Assembly (NCBI RefSeq): GCF_947039425.1
Contig: NZ_CAMQYW010000001.1
Location: 1-57,767 of the forward strand
Length of the DNA: 57,767 nucleotides
Origin: an uncultured Cetobacterium sp.
GTDB lineage: Bacteria; Fusobacteriota; Fusobacteriia; Fusobacteriales; Fusobacteriaceae
Direction: 5' to 3'
Part shown: piece by piece, positions 10,989-20,200 of the stretch
Position numbering within the stretch: the first letter of the stretch is position 1
How the letters are laid out: each line of letters begins with the position of its first letter
The notes under the pieces: generated by a model
Told to the model about the DNA's origin: nothing
The model's database searches: none
The model's input: the letters and a program-made list of their open reading frames with translations, nothing else
Position numbers and translations under genes: made by a program

Positions 10989-11663
10989 ATGATTAAATTA
11001 ATAGGAATATTAATTATATTAGTAGGATTTGTTATTAAGTTAGATACAATTGCCGTTGTATTAGCAGCAGGAGTAGCTACAGGATTAGTTGCAGGAATAG
11101 ATTTTGTTGAAATTTTAGAGATTTTAGGAAGTGCTTTTATTCAAACAAGATATATGACATTATTACTTTTAACTTTAGCAGTTGTAGGAATATTAGAAAG
11201 AAATGGTCTTAGAGAAAGAGCTTCAATTTGTATATCAAATTTAACAGGAGCAACAGCAGGAAAAGTTTTATCAATATATGTTTTTATTAGAATGGTAGCA
11301 GCAGCTTTATCAATAAGACTTGGTGGACACGTTCAATTTATAAGACCGCTAATTTATCCTATGGCTAAGGGAGCTATAGAAAAAAATGGAGGAATAACAG
11401 AGGAAATTGATGAGGATTTAAAAGGATATACAAATACAGCGGAAAATTACGCTAATTTTTATGGTCAAAATGTGTTTGTTGCTTCAGCAGGAGTTCTTCT
11501 TATTGTAGGAACTTTACAAGAATTAGGAGTTAAAGTAGAGGCATATTCAGTATCTAAAGCTTCTATTCCAGTTGCCTTAGTAGCTTTATTACTTTCGTTT
11601 ATTCAATATTATCGTATGGATAAGAAATTTGAAAAAATGAAAGAAAATAACAAAAGCAAATAG
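10989..11663 (+). CDS. DUF969-family membrane protein (putative 5-oxoproline transporter subunit)
   Basis: LERNGLRERA, LGGHVQFIRPLIYPMA, NFYGQNVF; start moved to ATG 10989 behind a GGAGGGG RBS. Confidence 0.85.
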   Translation: MIKLIGILIILVGFVIKLDTIAVVLAAGVATGLVAGIDFVEILEILGSAFIQTRYMTLLLLTLAVVGILERNGLRERASICISNLTGATAGKVLSIYVFIRMVAAALSIRLGGHVQFIRPLIYPMAKGAIEKNGGITEEIDEDLKGYTNTAENYANFYGQNVFVASAGVLLIVGTLQELGVKVEAYSVSKASIPVALVALLLSFIQYYRMDKKFEKMKENNKSK

Positions 11664-11671
11664 GAGGAGCA

Positions 11672-12589
11672 ATGAATATAAAATTAATGTTAGAAATGAT
11701 GTATGTGTTGTGTGGAATTGTTTTAATTGTAAGTGGAATTTACTCAATAATAGATAAGGAAAATCCCAAGAGAATAGGATCAGGAATGTTTTGGTTTATA
11801 TTTGGATTTTTATTTATTGGAGGACCATATATAAGTCCAGTTGTAGTAGGAGCATTACTTTTAGTTATGGGAGTACTAAGTGCAACGAAACAAGTATCTA
11901 TGGCTAATTTTACAAATAGTAGTGAAAAATTCAGAGTTGAACAAGCAAAGAAAATAGGAAATAAATTATTTGTTCCAGCTATAATGATAGGAGTTGTAGC
12001 ATTTTCAGTAGCACAATTTACAAATTTAGGTGGACTTATAGGATTAGGATTAGGAGCTATTACAGCTTTAATTATAGCAATGGTTGTAACTGGTGAAAAA
12101 GTTGATAAGATTCCATATGATTCAAGTAGAATACTTCAGCAAATGGGAGTAACAATTGTTTTACCACAACTTTTAGGATCTTTAGGTTCAGTTTTTTCTA
12201 AAGCGGGAGTAGGAACAGTAATAGCTGATTTAATGGGAAGTGTGGTACCAGAAGGGAATCAACTAGTAGGGGTAGTTGTTTATTGTTTAGCAATGGCAAT
12301 ATTTACTATGATAATGGGAAATGCCTTTGCAGCCTTTGCAGTTATAACAGCAGGAATAGGATATCCATTTGTAATAGCTCAAGGAGGAGACCCAGCAGTG
12401 GTTGGTGCTATGGGATTAACAGCAGGATACTGTGGAACACTATTGACACCTATGGGAGCTAATTTTAATATAGTACCTGCTTCTATATTAGAGATGAAGA
12501 ATAAAAATGGAGTTATTTTAAAACAAGTAGGTGTAGCATTACCATTACTGTTTATTCATATATTTTTAATGTATATGTTAGCATTTTAA
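11672..12589 (+). CDS. DUF979-family membrane protein (putative 5-oxoproline transporter subunit)
   Basis: LPQLLGSLG, FTMIMGNAFAAF, GYCGTLLTPMGANFNIVPA. Confidence 0.87.
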   Translation: MNIKLMLEMMYVLCGIVLIVSGIYSIIDKENPKRIGSGMFWFIFGFLFIGGPYISPVVVGALLLVMGVLSATKQVSMANFTNSSEKFRVEQAKKIGNKLFVPAIMIGVVAFSVAQFTNLGGLIGLGLGAITALIIAMVVTGEKVDKIPYDSSRILQQMGVTIVLPQLLGSLGSVFSKAGVGTVIADLMGSVVPEGNQLVGVVVYCLAMAIFTMIMGNAFAAFAVITAGIGYPFVIAQGGDPAVVGAMGLTAGYCGTLLTPMGANFNIVPASILEMKNKNGVILKQVGVALPLLFIHIFLMYMLAF

Positions 12590-12604
12590 TTTAAGGAGGG
12601 GAAG

Positions 12605-13246
12605 ATGAAAGTATTAATAACAGGGTTTGATCCATTTGGAGGAGAAAGTATTAATCCAGCATGGGAAGCAGTAAAAGGAATAAAAGGAAATATTGGAGAG
12701 ATAGAAGTATCTAAATTACAAATACCAACAGTATTTAAAAAATCATCAGAACTATTATTTAAAGAGATTGAAAAAATAAATCCAGATGTAGTAATTTGTG
12801 TTGGGCAAGCTGGAGGGAGATATGATATTTCAATAGAGAGAATTGGAATTAATATTGATGATGGTAGAATAGCTGATAATGAAGGAAATCAACCAATTGA
12901 TACAGAAATATATGAGGATGGAGAAAATGCATACTTTACTAATTTACCAATAAAGGCCATGGTAGAAGAGATTAAAGGAGCAAAGATACCTGCTTCAGTT
13001 TCAAATACAGCTGGAACATTTGTATGTAATCATATAATGTATTCTTTACTTTATTATATAAATAAAAATAATTTAAATATAAAAGGTGGATTTATTCATG
13101 TTCCATTTATACCAGAACAAGTGGTAGAAAAAAAGAATATGCCATATATGGAGATAAGTACAATAACAAAAGGATTAGAAAAAGCTATTGAAGCTTTATC
13201 TAAGTATGAAAAAGACATAAAAGTAACAGGTGGGAAAGAGTTTTAA
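12605..13246 (+). CDS. pcp: Pyroglutamyl-peptidase I
   Basis: [37 protein letters not shown]. Confidence 0.96.
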   Translation: MKVLITGFDPFGGESINPAWEAVKGIKGNIGEIEVSKLQIPTVFKKSSELLFKEIEKINPDVVICVGQAGGRYDISIERIGINIDDGRIADNEGNQPIDTEIYEDGENAYFTNLPIKAMVEEIKGAKIPASVSNTAGTFVCNHIMYSLLYYINKNNLNIKGGFIHVPFIPEQVVEKKNMPYMEISTITKGLEKAIEALSKYEKDIKVTGGKEF

Positions 13247-13250
13247 TAAG

Positions 13251-13279
13251 AAAAGACTAGTTTAAAAAACTAGTCTTTT
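13251..13279. terminator. Bidirectional terminator between pcp and groES
   Basis: AAAAGACTAGTTT-AAA-AAACTAGTCTTTT overlapping the groES stop. Confidence 0.75.
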
Positions 13280-13554
13280 TTATTTTCTATAACTCCTAGA
13301 ATTTCATCTAAATCAAGCATAATAAATTCTAAACCGTCAGTATTGATTTGGAAGCCAGAAGAATTTTTAAAAATAATAGAGTCATTTACATTAAATTGTT
13401 CGATTATTTCTGAATTTTCACTTAAAGATATTATTTTTCCAAGACTGTAAGTTTTTTCTGTATTTGTTGCTAGAAGAAGAATTCCGCTAGTTGTTTTTTC
13501 TTCTTGTTGTATTTTTTCAATTAAAACTCTTTTTCCAATAGGTTTAATATTCAT
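13270..13554 (-). CDS. groES: GroES/Cpn10-family co-chaperonin, divergent, no adjacent groEL
   Basis: MNIKPIGKRVLI, mobile loop EEKTTSGILL, C-terminal DEILGVIE; ATG 13554 behind GGAGGA. Confidence 0.8.
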   Translation of the reverse strand: MNIKPIGKRVLIEKIQQEEKTTSGILLLATNTEKTYSLGKIISLSENSEIIEQFNVNDSIIFKNSSGFQINTDGLEFIMLDLDEILGVIENKKD

Positions 13555-13680
13555 AGTTCCTCCTAAAGATCTTTTATTAAACTTTAACAAAAAAAATAGA
13601 AAAAATCAAATAAGATAAAAAGAATGTTGTATAAATTATGATATAATTTAGAAAAATAAAGAAAAAATAGGAGAGGGATA

Positions 13681-15723
13681 ATGTTGAAATTATTTGATAA
13701 TAATCAAGCTGAAAATAGAATAAAAGATTTAAGAGAAAAAATAGAAAGATATAATTATTTTTATTATACTAAAAATGAATCATTAGTATCTGATGTTGAA
13801 TTTGATAAAATTTTAAAAGAACTTGAAAAACTAGAAGAGGAAAATCCTCATTTAAAAAAAGAGAATTCTCCATCAAAAAATGTGGGAGCAATTAACTTAA
13901 AAGAGTCAAAATTTAAAAAAGTAATACATAAAAAACCGATGTTAAGTTTGAGCAACAGCTATAATATTGAAGATGTAATAGCTTTTGGAGAGAGAGTTAA
14001 TAAAAATTTAGAAAATAGATATTCTAATTTAGAGTATATTTTAGAATTGAAACTAGATGGAGCAAGTATAAGTATTCAATATGAAAATGGAGTTTTAGTT
14101 AAGGGAGTTACAAGAGGGGATGGAATAGAAGGAGAAGATGTTACAGACAATATTTTAGCTATAGAAAGTATTCCAAATTATTTAAAAGAAAAAGTGGATT
14201 TAGAAGTTAGGGGAGAAATAGTATTACCAATAAGTCAGTTTAAAAAATTAAATGAAAGTAGACTTGAAAATGGAGAGGATATTTTTGCTAATCCAAGAAA
14301 TGCAGCAAGTGGAACATTGAGACAACTTGATGCTAATATAGTTAAAGAAAGAGGATTAGATGCATATTTTTATTTTTTAGTTGATGCAGAAAAATATGAT
14401 ATGAAGACACATAAAGAAAGTTTAGAGTATTTAGAAAAGTTAGGATTAAAAACAACTGGAATAGCTGAAGAGATTACTTGTATGGATGTAATGAAAAATA
14501 GAATTGATTATTGGGAGAAAGAAAAAGAAAAATTAGATTATGAAACTGATGGATTAGTGTTGAAATTAAATGACATCTCTTTATGGGAAGAGGTTGGATA
14601 TACAACTAAAAGTCCTAGATGGGCAATAGCCTATAAATTTCCAGCAAAGCAAGTGACAACATTATTAAAAGATATAACTTGGCAAGTGGGAAGAACAGGA
14701 AAGGTTACACCAGTTGCAGAACTTGAAGAGGTAGAATTATCAGGAAGTAAAGTAAAAAGAGCAAGTTTGCATAATATTGATGAAATAATAAGAAAAGATA
14801 TTAGAATAGGAGATAGAGTTTTTATAGAAAAAGCAGCAGAGATAATACCACAAGTTGTAAGTTCTGTTAAAGATTTAAGAACAGGAGAGGAAAAAGAAGT
14901 TATAGCTCCAAAAGATTGTCCTATATGTAATCACAAATTAGAAAAAGAAGAGGGACTAGTTGATTTAAAATGCGTAAATGAAGATTGTCCAGCAATAATT
15001 CAAGGAACTATAGAATATTTTGTATCTCGTGATGGAATGAATATATCTGGCTTTGGAAGTAAGATAGTGGAAAAAATGTTAGCATTAAATTATATAAAAA
15101 ATATAAGTGATATATATAAGTTACATGAACATAAGGAGGAATTGATAACATTAGATAAAATGGGAGAAAAAAGTGTTGAAAAACTACTATTATCAATTGA
15201 GAAAAGTAAGAGTAGACCTTATGGGAAAACTTTATATGCTTTAGGAATACCTTTTGTGGGAAAATTTTTAGGAAATTTACTTTCTAAAAAAAGTGAAAAT
15301 ATTAATAATTTAGAAAAGATGACAAAAGAGGAGTTATTATCTATTGATGGAGTAGGAGAAAAGGTAGCGGAATCAGTTTATTCTTTTTTTAGAAATGAAA
15401 AAAGTTTGAATATTGTAAATAAATTAAAAAAGATTGGTATTAATTTTTCTATTGAAAATAAAAAAGAAGAAGAAAGCGAAAGAAAAGTAAATGAAAATTT
15501 ATTTGGAAAAACTTTTTTATTTACAGGAAAATTATTAAAATTTAAAAGAGAAGAGATTAAAGATTTAATAGAATCTTTAGGAGGAGTTAATAGTTCAAGC
15601 GTTAATAAGAAATTGAATTATTTGATTGTTGGTGAAGATGCAGGAAGTAAATTAAAAAAAGCTCAAGAGCTAGGAACTGTAAATATATTAACAGAGGATG
15701 AGTTTATACAGATGATTAAATAA
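13681..15723 (+). CDS. ligA: NAD-dependent DNA ligase
   Basis: ELKLDGAS (KxDG), TRGDG..GEDVT, ANPRNAASG, PRWAIAYKF, zinc finger, BRCT. Confidence 0.98.
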   Translation: MLKLFDNNQAENRIKDLREKIERYNYFYYTKNESLVSDVEFDKILKELEKLEEENPHLKKENSPSKNVGAINLKESKFKKVIHKKPMLSLSNSYNIEDVIAFGERVNKNLENRYSNLEYILELKLDGASISIQYENGVLVKGVTRGDGIEGEDVTDNILAIESIPNYLKEKVDLEVRGEIVLPISQFKKLNESRLENGEDIFANPRNAASGTLRQLDANIVKERGLDAYFYFLVDAEKYDMKTHKESLEYLEKLGLKTTGIAEEITCMDVMKNRIDYWEKEKEKLDYETDGLVLKLNDISLWEEVGYTTKSPRWAIAYKFPAKQVTTLLKDITWQVGRTGKVTPVAELEEVELSGSKVKRASLHNIDEIIRKDIRIGDRVFIEKAAEIIPQVVSSVKDLRTGEEKEVIAPKDCPICNHKLEKEEGLVDLKCVNEDCPAIIQGTIEYFVSRDGMNISGFGSKIVEKMLALNYIKNISDIYKLHEHKEELITLDKMGEKSVEKLLLSIEKSKSRPYGKTLYALGIPFVGKFLGNLLSKKSENINNLEKMTKEELLSIDGVGEKVAESVYSFFRNEKSLNIVNKLKKIGINFSIENKKEEESERKVNENLFGKTFLFTGKLLKFKREEIKDLIESLGGVNSSSVNKKLNYLIVGEDAGSKLKKAQELGTVNILTEDEFIQMIK

Positions 15724-15819
15724 AAAGAAAAAATATGTTATTTTAGAATAATATGTATTATAATAGTTGTAGCTTAGATTGAGTATTTAATTTTCAATTT
15801 TCAATTCGGGGGGATAGAT

Positions 15820-15915
15820 ATGGAAAATAAATTACAGGAAAAATATATTGTAGAGTCTTCTGTAATAGAAAGAGTAGCCTTTAAAGAATTTAATAAAAAG
15901 AAAAAAAGCATATGA
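15820..15915 (+). pseudogene. Probable out-of-frame N-terminal segment of the downstream AAA-FGE gene
   Basis: GGGGGA RBS and ATG give MENKLQEKYIVESSVIERVAFKEFNKKKKSI*; overlaps the next gene's frame, which is open from 15878. Confidence 0.5.
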
Positions 15916-16057
15916 TATTCAAAAAAAAATAGATCAAGAAAATGAAGATTTTTCAAAGGGAATATTAATAACAGGATTCCCAGGATGTGGTAAAAATTTA
16001 ATACCTAAATTAGCATCAATAATTTTTGATTTACCCTTAATAAAAATAAATGTTAAG

Positions 16058-17407
16058 ATGCTCTTAAGAGAAGAAATTAATGAGTTAAGATATAATATAA
16101 AAGTTCTACTAAAAAAAATAGAAAAATTAGAACCATGTATTCTTTGGATTGATGAAATTGATTTAAATGATGGAAGGGGAAATTTTGAAAAAAATATATT
16201 TTTAGAATTGTGTAATTGGTTAAAAGATAAAAATGATAGAATAATTCCAATTTTAATACTTAGAGACATATTTTCAACTTCTCTTAATGAAATAAAAAAT
16301 AATGTATTTGATGAGATATTTTTTATAGATTTACCAAACAACGAGGAAAGAATAGATATTTTAAAAATTTATTTAAAAATTTTAGAAATAGATGAAAATA
16401 GTTTAATTCTTGAAAAATTATCATTGTTATTTCAAGGATATAGCAGTTATGAGATGAAAAAAATATCAAAAATTTTAATAGAAGAGTTATTTATTCAAGA
16501 GGAAAATTTTACTATTGAAAAAACTATAAATATTATTGAAAATAACAAACCATTATCAGAAATATTTGAGAAAAAAATTAAAAAAATTAAAGAATCTGTT
16601 AAAGAATTAAAGTTTCGATTATCATCTGAAAAATTAGAAAAAAATATAGTTATAAAAAAAATTATGAGAAAAAGTGATTTAGTTTATTCTAAAGGAGGAA
16701 TATTTAAACCTAGTTTTTCTTTTGAAGAAATAGAAATTGTAAATTTATATGTTTCTAAATTTTTAGTAACTCAAAGTTTATGGGTTGATTTAATGAAAGA
16801 GAATCCAAGTCATGATAAAGGTGAAAATTTACCTGTAGAAAGGATATCTTGGTGGAAATCTTTAGAATACTGCAATAATTTAAGTGAAGCTTATGGATTT
16901 TTGCCAGTTTATAATTTGGAAAGTGGAAATTTAAAAATAAACTATTTATCGGGAGAAATAGTAGAAGCAAATATGGCAGATTTTGGAAAAACAGAAGGAT
17001 TTAGATTGCCAACAGAAGCAGAATGGGAATGGATAGCTAAAGGTGGAGATAAAACTTTAGGAAAAAGTTTAACAAAATATTGTGGAAGTGATAATTTGGA
17101 TGAAGTGGCATGGCATTGGGATAATTCTTTTAGAAAAAGTCATGAAGTTGGAAAAAAAGATCCAAACGAATTAGGAATTTATGATATGAGTGGGAATATT
17201 TGGGAATGGTGTTATGATACTAAAACTCAAGGTGAAATTTCAAAAGAAAAGCCATATTTGTATGATATAACAGAGGGATATAGAAGATTAAAAGGGGGAT
17301 CTTGGGGAAATTATGAAAATTATTGTACTCCAAGTTACCGTTATTATGGTGGAGCAGTAGGATATGGCAGTAATATAGGATTAAGAGTAGTTAGAACAGC
17401 AAAATAA
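16058..17407 (+). CDS. Degenerate Ycf46-like AAA+ domain fused to an FGE-sulfatase (SUMF1/CLec) domain; likely frameshifted, frame open from 15878
   Basis: In-frame upstream Walker A GFPGCGKN (15974-15997), Walker B CILWIDEID, FDEIFFIDLP; FGE motifs FRLPTEAEWE, PNELGIYDMSGNIWEWC, GGSW, IGLRVVR. Confidence 0.8.
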   Translation: MLLREEINELRYNIKVLLKKIEKLEPCILWIDEIDLNDGRGNFEKNIFLELCNWLKDKNDRIIPILILRDIFSTSLNEIKNNVFDEIFFIDLPNNEERIDILKIYLKILEIDENSLILEKLSLLFQGYSSYEMKKISKILIEELFIQEENFTIEKTINIIENNKPLSEIFEKKIKKIKESVKELKFRLSSEKLEKNIVIKKIMRKSDLVYSKGGIFKPSFSFEEIEIVNLYVSKFLVTQSLWVDLMKENPSHDKGENLPVERISWWKSLEYCNNLSEAYGFLPVYNLESGNLKINYLSGEIVEANMADFGKTEGFRLPTEAEWEWIAKGGDKTLGKSLTKYCGSDNLDEVAWHWDNSFRKSHEVGKKDPNELGIYDMSGNIWEWCYDTKTQGEISKEKPYLYDITEGYRRLKGGSWGNYENYCTPSYRYYGGAVGYGSNIGLRVVRTAK

Positions 17408-17436
17408 AAAAACCAGAAATTTTCTGGTTTTTTTTT
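17406..17436. terminator. Bidirectional terminator
   Basis: AAAAAACCAGAAA-T-TTTCTGGTTTTTT. Confidence 0.75.
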
Positions 17437-17448
17437 ATTTTTTTACAA

Positions 17449-18444
17449 TTAATTAAAAAGGATATATGCACCAAGACAACCAAAGGTTTGTATAAATACC
17501 ATTCCAATAAAACCAACGATAAAAGGTTTAATACCAACTTTAAATAATTTTTTTAAATTTATTTTTAATCCTAGAGAAGCCATTGCAATAGTTAAAACTA
17601 TATTTGCAAATTTAGGAATAAATTTATTTATTTCTGGTGGAATAATCTGTAAAGAGTTAATAATAACAGCAAGAATAAAACCTAAAACATAAATTGGAAA
17701 ATCAATTTTTTTCCCTTCTTGATTTCCATTTTTTCTTGATTTCCATATTGTAAACGCTATAGAAACTGGAACTAAAAATAAAACTCTAGTTAATTTAGTA
17801 AGAATTGCCATAGATTCAGCAATAGGTGATCCAACAGCACCACTAGCCGCAACAACTTCAGCAACATCAGGAAGAGTAACACCAACCCATGCACCATAAA
17901 ATTGTGGATCTAAATTAAGAGCTTTATAGATCATTGGGAAAACAAACATAGCAATGGTACCAAAGAATGTGATAGCTCCTATTCCAAAGGCTGTATCTTT
18001 CTCATCAGCATCAACTATAGGACCTATAGTTGCAATGGCAGATGCGCCACAAATAGATGTACCAGCTGCTAAGCAAATACCTAACTCTTCATCTAAGCCA
18101 AATTTATCTGAAACAAATTTAATTGTTAAAATAGTAGCTGTTAAAAGACAAGCTATGAAAATAATTCCTGTAAAACCTAATTTAGTTAATTCTGTAAGAC
18201 TAAGTTTGAATCCTTGTAAAATAACTCCAAATCTCAGAATTTTTTTACTTGTAAATTTAACACCTGGTTGAAAAATTTCCATTTTATTAATATTAGTAAA
18301 ATTAGAAAAAATCATACCAATAATAATAGCATATAGAAGTGAACTAATATGTAGTTGCTTATTTAGTTCTGTTCCATAAAGACTAAGTGCAATAAATGCA
18401 ATTGAAAAAGTAAGTGCAAGACCTGTTGATAATTTTTTTAACAT
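17449..18444 (-). CDS. YeiH/PSE-family exporter (CuyZ-like), second paralog
   Basis: ILRFGVILQG, GTSICGASAIAT, EVVAAS, KLTRV. Confidence 0.88.
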   Translation of the reverse strand: MLKKLSTGLALTFSIAFIALSLYGTELNKQLHISSLLYAIIIGMIFSNFTNINKMEIFQPGVKFTSKKILRFGVILQGFKLSLTELTKLGFTGIIFIACLLTATILTIKFVSDKFGLDEELGICLAAGTSICGASAIATIGPIVDADEKDTAFGIGAITFFGTIAMFVFPMIYKALNLDPQFYGAWVGVTLPDVAEVVAASGAVGSPIAESMAILTKLTRVLFLVPVSIAFTIWKSRKNGNQEGKKIDFPIYVLGFILAVIINSLQIIPPEINKFIPKFANIVLTIAMASLGLKINLKKLFKVGIKPFIVGFIGMVFIQTFGCLGAYILFN

Positions 18445-18478
18445 TTTAACTCCCCTTTGTTAATATATATTTCGATTT

Positions 18479-18519
18479 AGTTTATATATAATATTAATTT
18501 TTGTAAAGGGTACTTTTTT
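18479..18519 (-). promoter_or_regulatory. Promoter of the YeiH gene with a shared motif over the -35
   Basis: Minus strand TTTACA-17-TAAACT, -35 embedded in AAAAAAGTACCCTTTACAAA. Confidence 0.55.
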
Positions 18520-18542
18520 ATGAAAAAAAAATTAAAAAATAA

Positions 18543-19955
18543 CTAGATCTTGATAAATCCTAATTTTTCAAGAGTTTGAACATCTTTAATAGTTAATAAA
18601 GGATTAACCTTAATAGATTGAATATGACTATTTAAAAAATCAACAGTGTGAATAATAAAATCTACTTTTTCTAAATTATATACTTGGAATTGATAAAAAG
18701 ATATTTCATCAATAATATTAAGCAGAAAATTTTTAGAAAGTTGATCTTTTAAAACTTTAGAAGCACCAACACCAAGGTTACAAACAAGCAAAATATTTTT
18801 TTTATGAATTTTATTTTTTTCAAGTCTTAACATGCTTGATTTTATATGAAAAAAGATAAATATAATTTCATCGTCATTAAATTTAATTTTAAAAGTATTT
18901 TCAAGTTCTTTACATTCTTTTTTTATTTTATTTATTAAATCAGCATAGTCAACAATTCCTTCTTGTAAACATGGATTGATAATAGGTATTTTATTTGAAA
19001 TTTTAAAAATAGCTGATTTTAAATGTGATCCTAAAGTTTTAATAAGGTAATTATCAGAATGTAAATTTAAGTTATAGTCATCTCCAATGTTTTTTAAAAT
19101 ATTAATAAGATTAGAATAAAATATTTCCTCTTTTTTTAAAATTATTGGATTGTTTCCTGAATAACAAAGTCCAAATAAAAAAAATAATAATGATGATTTC
19201 TCATAATAATTATCAAAAACATTAGAAATATTATCAATAAATTTATAATAAGTTTTAAGTTTATATTCTGAATTATTAGATATTGTAAAAAGAGGATCTT
19301 TTAATTTTGTGAGAATCAATTTATTTTTTATTCTATAATATTGTACAGATAAAACAATAGATAATATTTTAGAAGTTTCGAAAGATGAATTTTTACCTTT
19401 TAGCATATTGAAAATTAGATATTCTGATTCACGAATATTTATGTTTTTAAAAAAGAAATTGAAATTTTTTAAAAAATAACTTAAAAAGAAAAAACGGATA
19501 TCATTTTCACTTCCTTCTATTGTAAGTCCTAATCTATTTTTATAAATTAAATTTAATGAATTTTCTTTTAGTTTTTCTTTTAGTTCTTTTAAATCTTTTT
19601 TTATAGAGCTTTTACTTTGTGAAAAAAGTTCTTCTAAAGGACCAATACTAATATAGTTATCAATAAGTAGTTTTTTGATAATTATATTAAGTCGTTGTGT
19701 TTTATTAAAAAAAGTAAAATCAAAATTAGAAGTTATATTTTTTAAATCTGAAAAATTATGGATATAAAAATTGTTAAATCTTTTTTTTATAATGCTTTTA
19801 TTTGTTATTTTTAATAAATAGTTGATTTTATCAAATTTATATTGTATTTGAGATCCTTTTAAGCTAGGAAAATCAAGGGGAGTTATTTTTTTTTTATTTA
19901 ATAATATAAGCGTATTTATAAAGTCAAAATCATCTTTTGTAAGTTTCAATTTCAT
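18543..19955 (-). CDS. PRD-domain PTS-controlled transcriptional regulator (MtlR/LicR-like: HTH, PRD, EIIB)
   Basis: Mga-type HTH SKSSIKKDLKEL...GSENDIR; PRD LGSHLK...DEIIFIFFH; EIIB LVCNLGVGAS. Confidence 0.82.
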   Translation of the reverse strand: MKLKLTKDDFDFINTLILLNKKKITPLDFPSLKGSQIQYKFDKINYLLKITNKSIIKKRFNNFYIHNFSDLKNITSNFDFTFFNKTQRLNIIIKKLLIDNYISIGPLEELFSQSKSSIKKDLKELKEKLKENSLNLIYKNRLGLTIEGSENDIRFFFLSYFLKNFNFFFKNINIRESEYLIFNMLKGKNSSFETSKILSIVLSVQYYRIKNKLILTKLKDPLFTISNNSEYKLKTYYKFIDNISNVFDNYYEKSSLLFFLFGLCYSGNNPIILKKEEIFYSNLINILKNIGDDYNLNLHSDNYLIKTLGSHLKSAIFKISNKIPIINPCLQEGIVDYADLINKIKKECKELENTFKIKFNDDEIIFIFFHIKSSMLRLEKNKIHKKNILLVCNLGVGASKVLKDQLSKNFLLNIIDEISFYQFQVYNLEKVDFIIHTVDFLNSHIQSIKVNPLLTIKDVQTLEKLGFIKI

Positions 19956-19970
19956 CTCCTTAAACCTTCT

Positions 19971-20011
19971 ATTATATAATTAATTTTTTATTTGTAAAGG
20001 GTTACTTTTTT
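19971..20011 (-). promoter_or_regulatory. Promoter of the PRD regulator with the same motif
   Basis: Minus strand TTTACA-16-TATAAT, -35 embedded in AAAAAAGTAACCCTTTACAAA. Confidence 0.55.
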
Positions 20012-20200
20012 TTAAAAATAAAAAAATCAAATGATATATACTTGGTATTTTACCATTAAAATCAATAGATTATCAAGAATAAAATGTTTTTTTTAATGAA
20101 AATAAGCGTCAATAAACTTTACTTTTAGTATATTTTCGGTTATATTTGTATCATAAAGAAATAAAAAACGAAATAATTTTATAACGAGGAGATGGTAGTA

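Noticed and set aside
15934-16341. 135-aa minus-strand ORF
   Set aside because: Antisense to the AAA domain, whose motifs are on the plus strand
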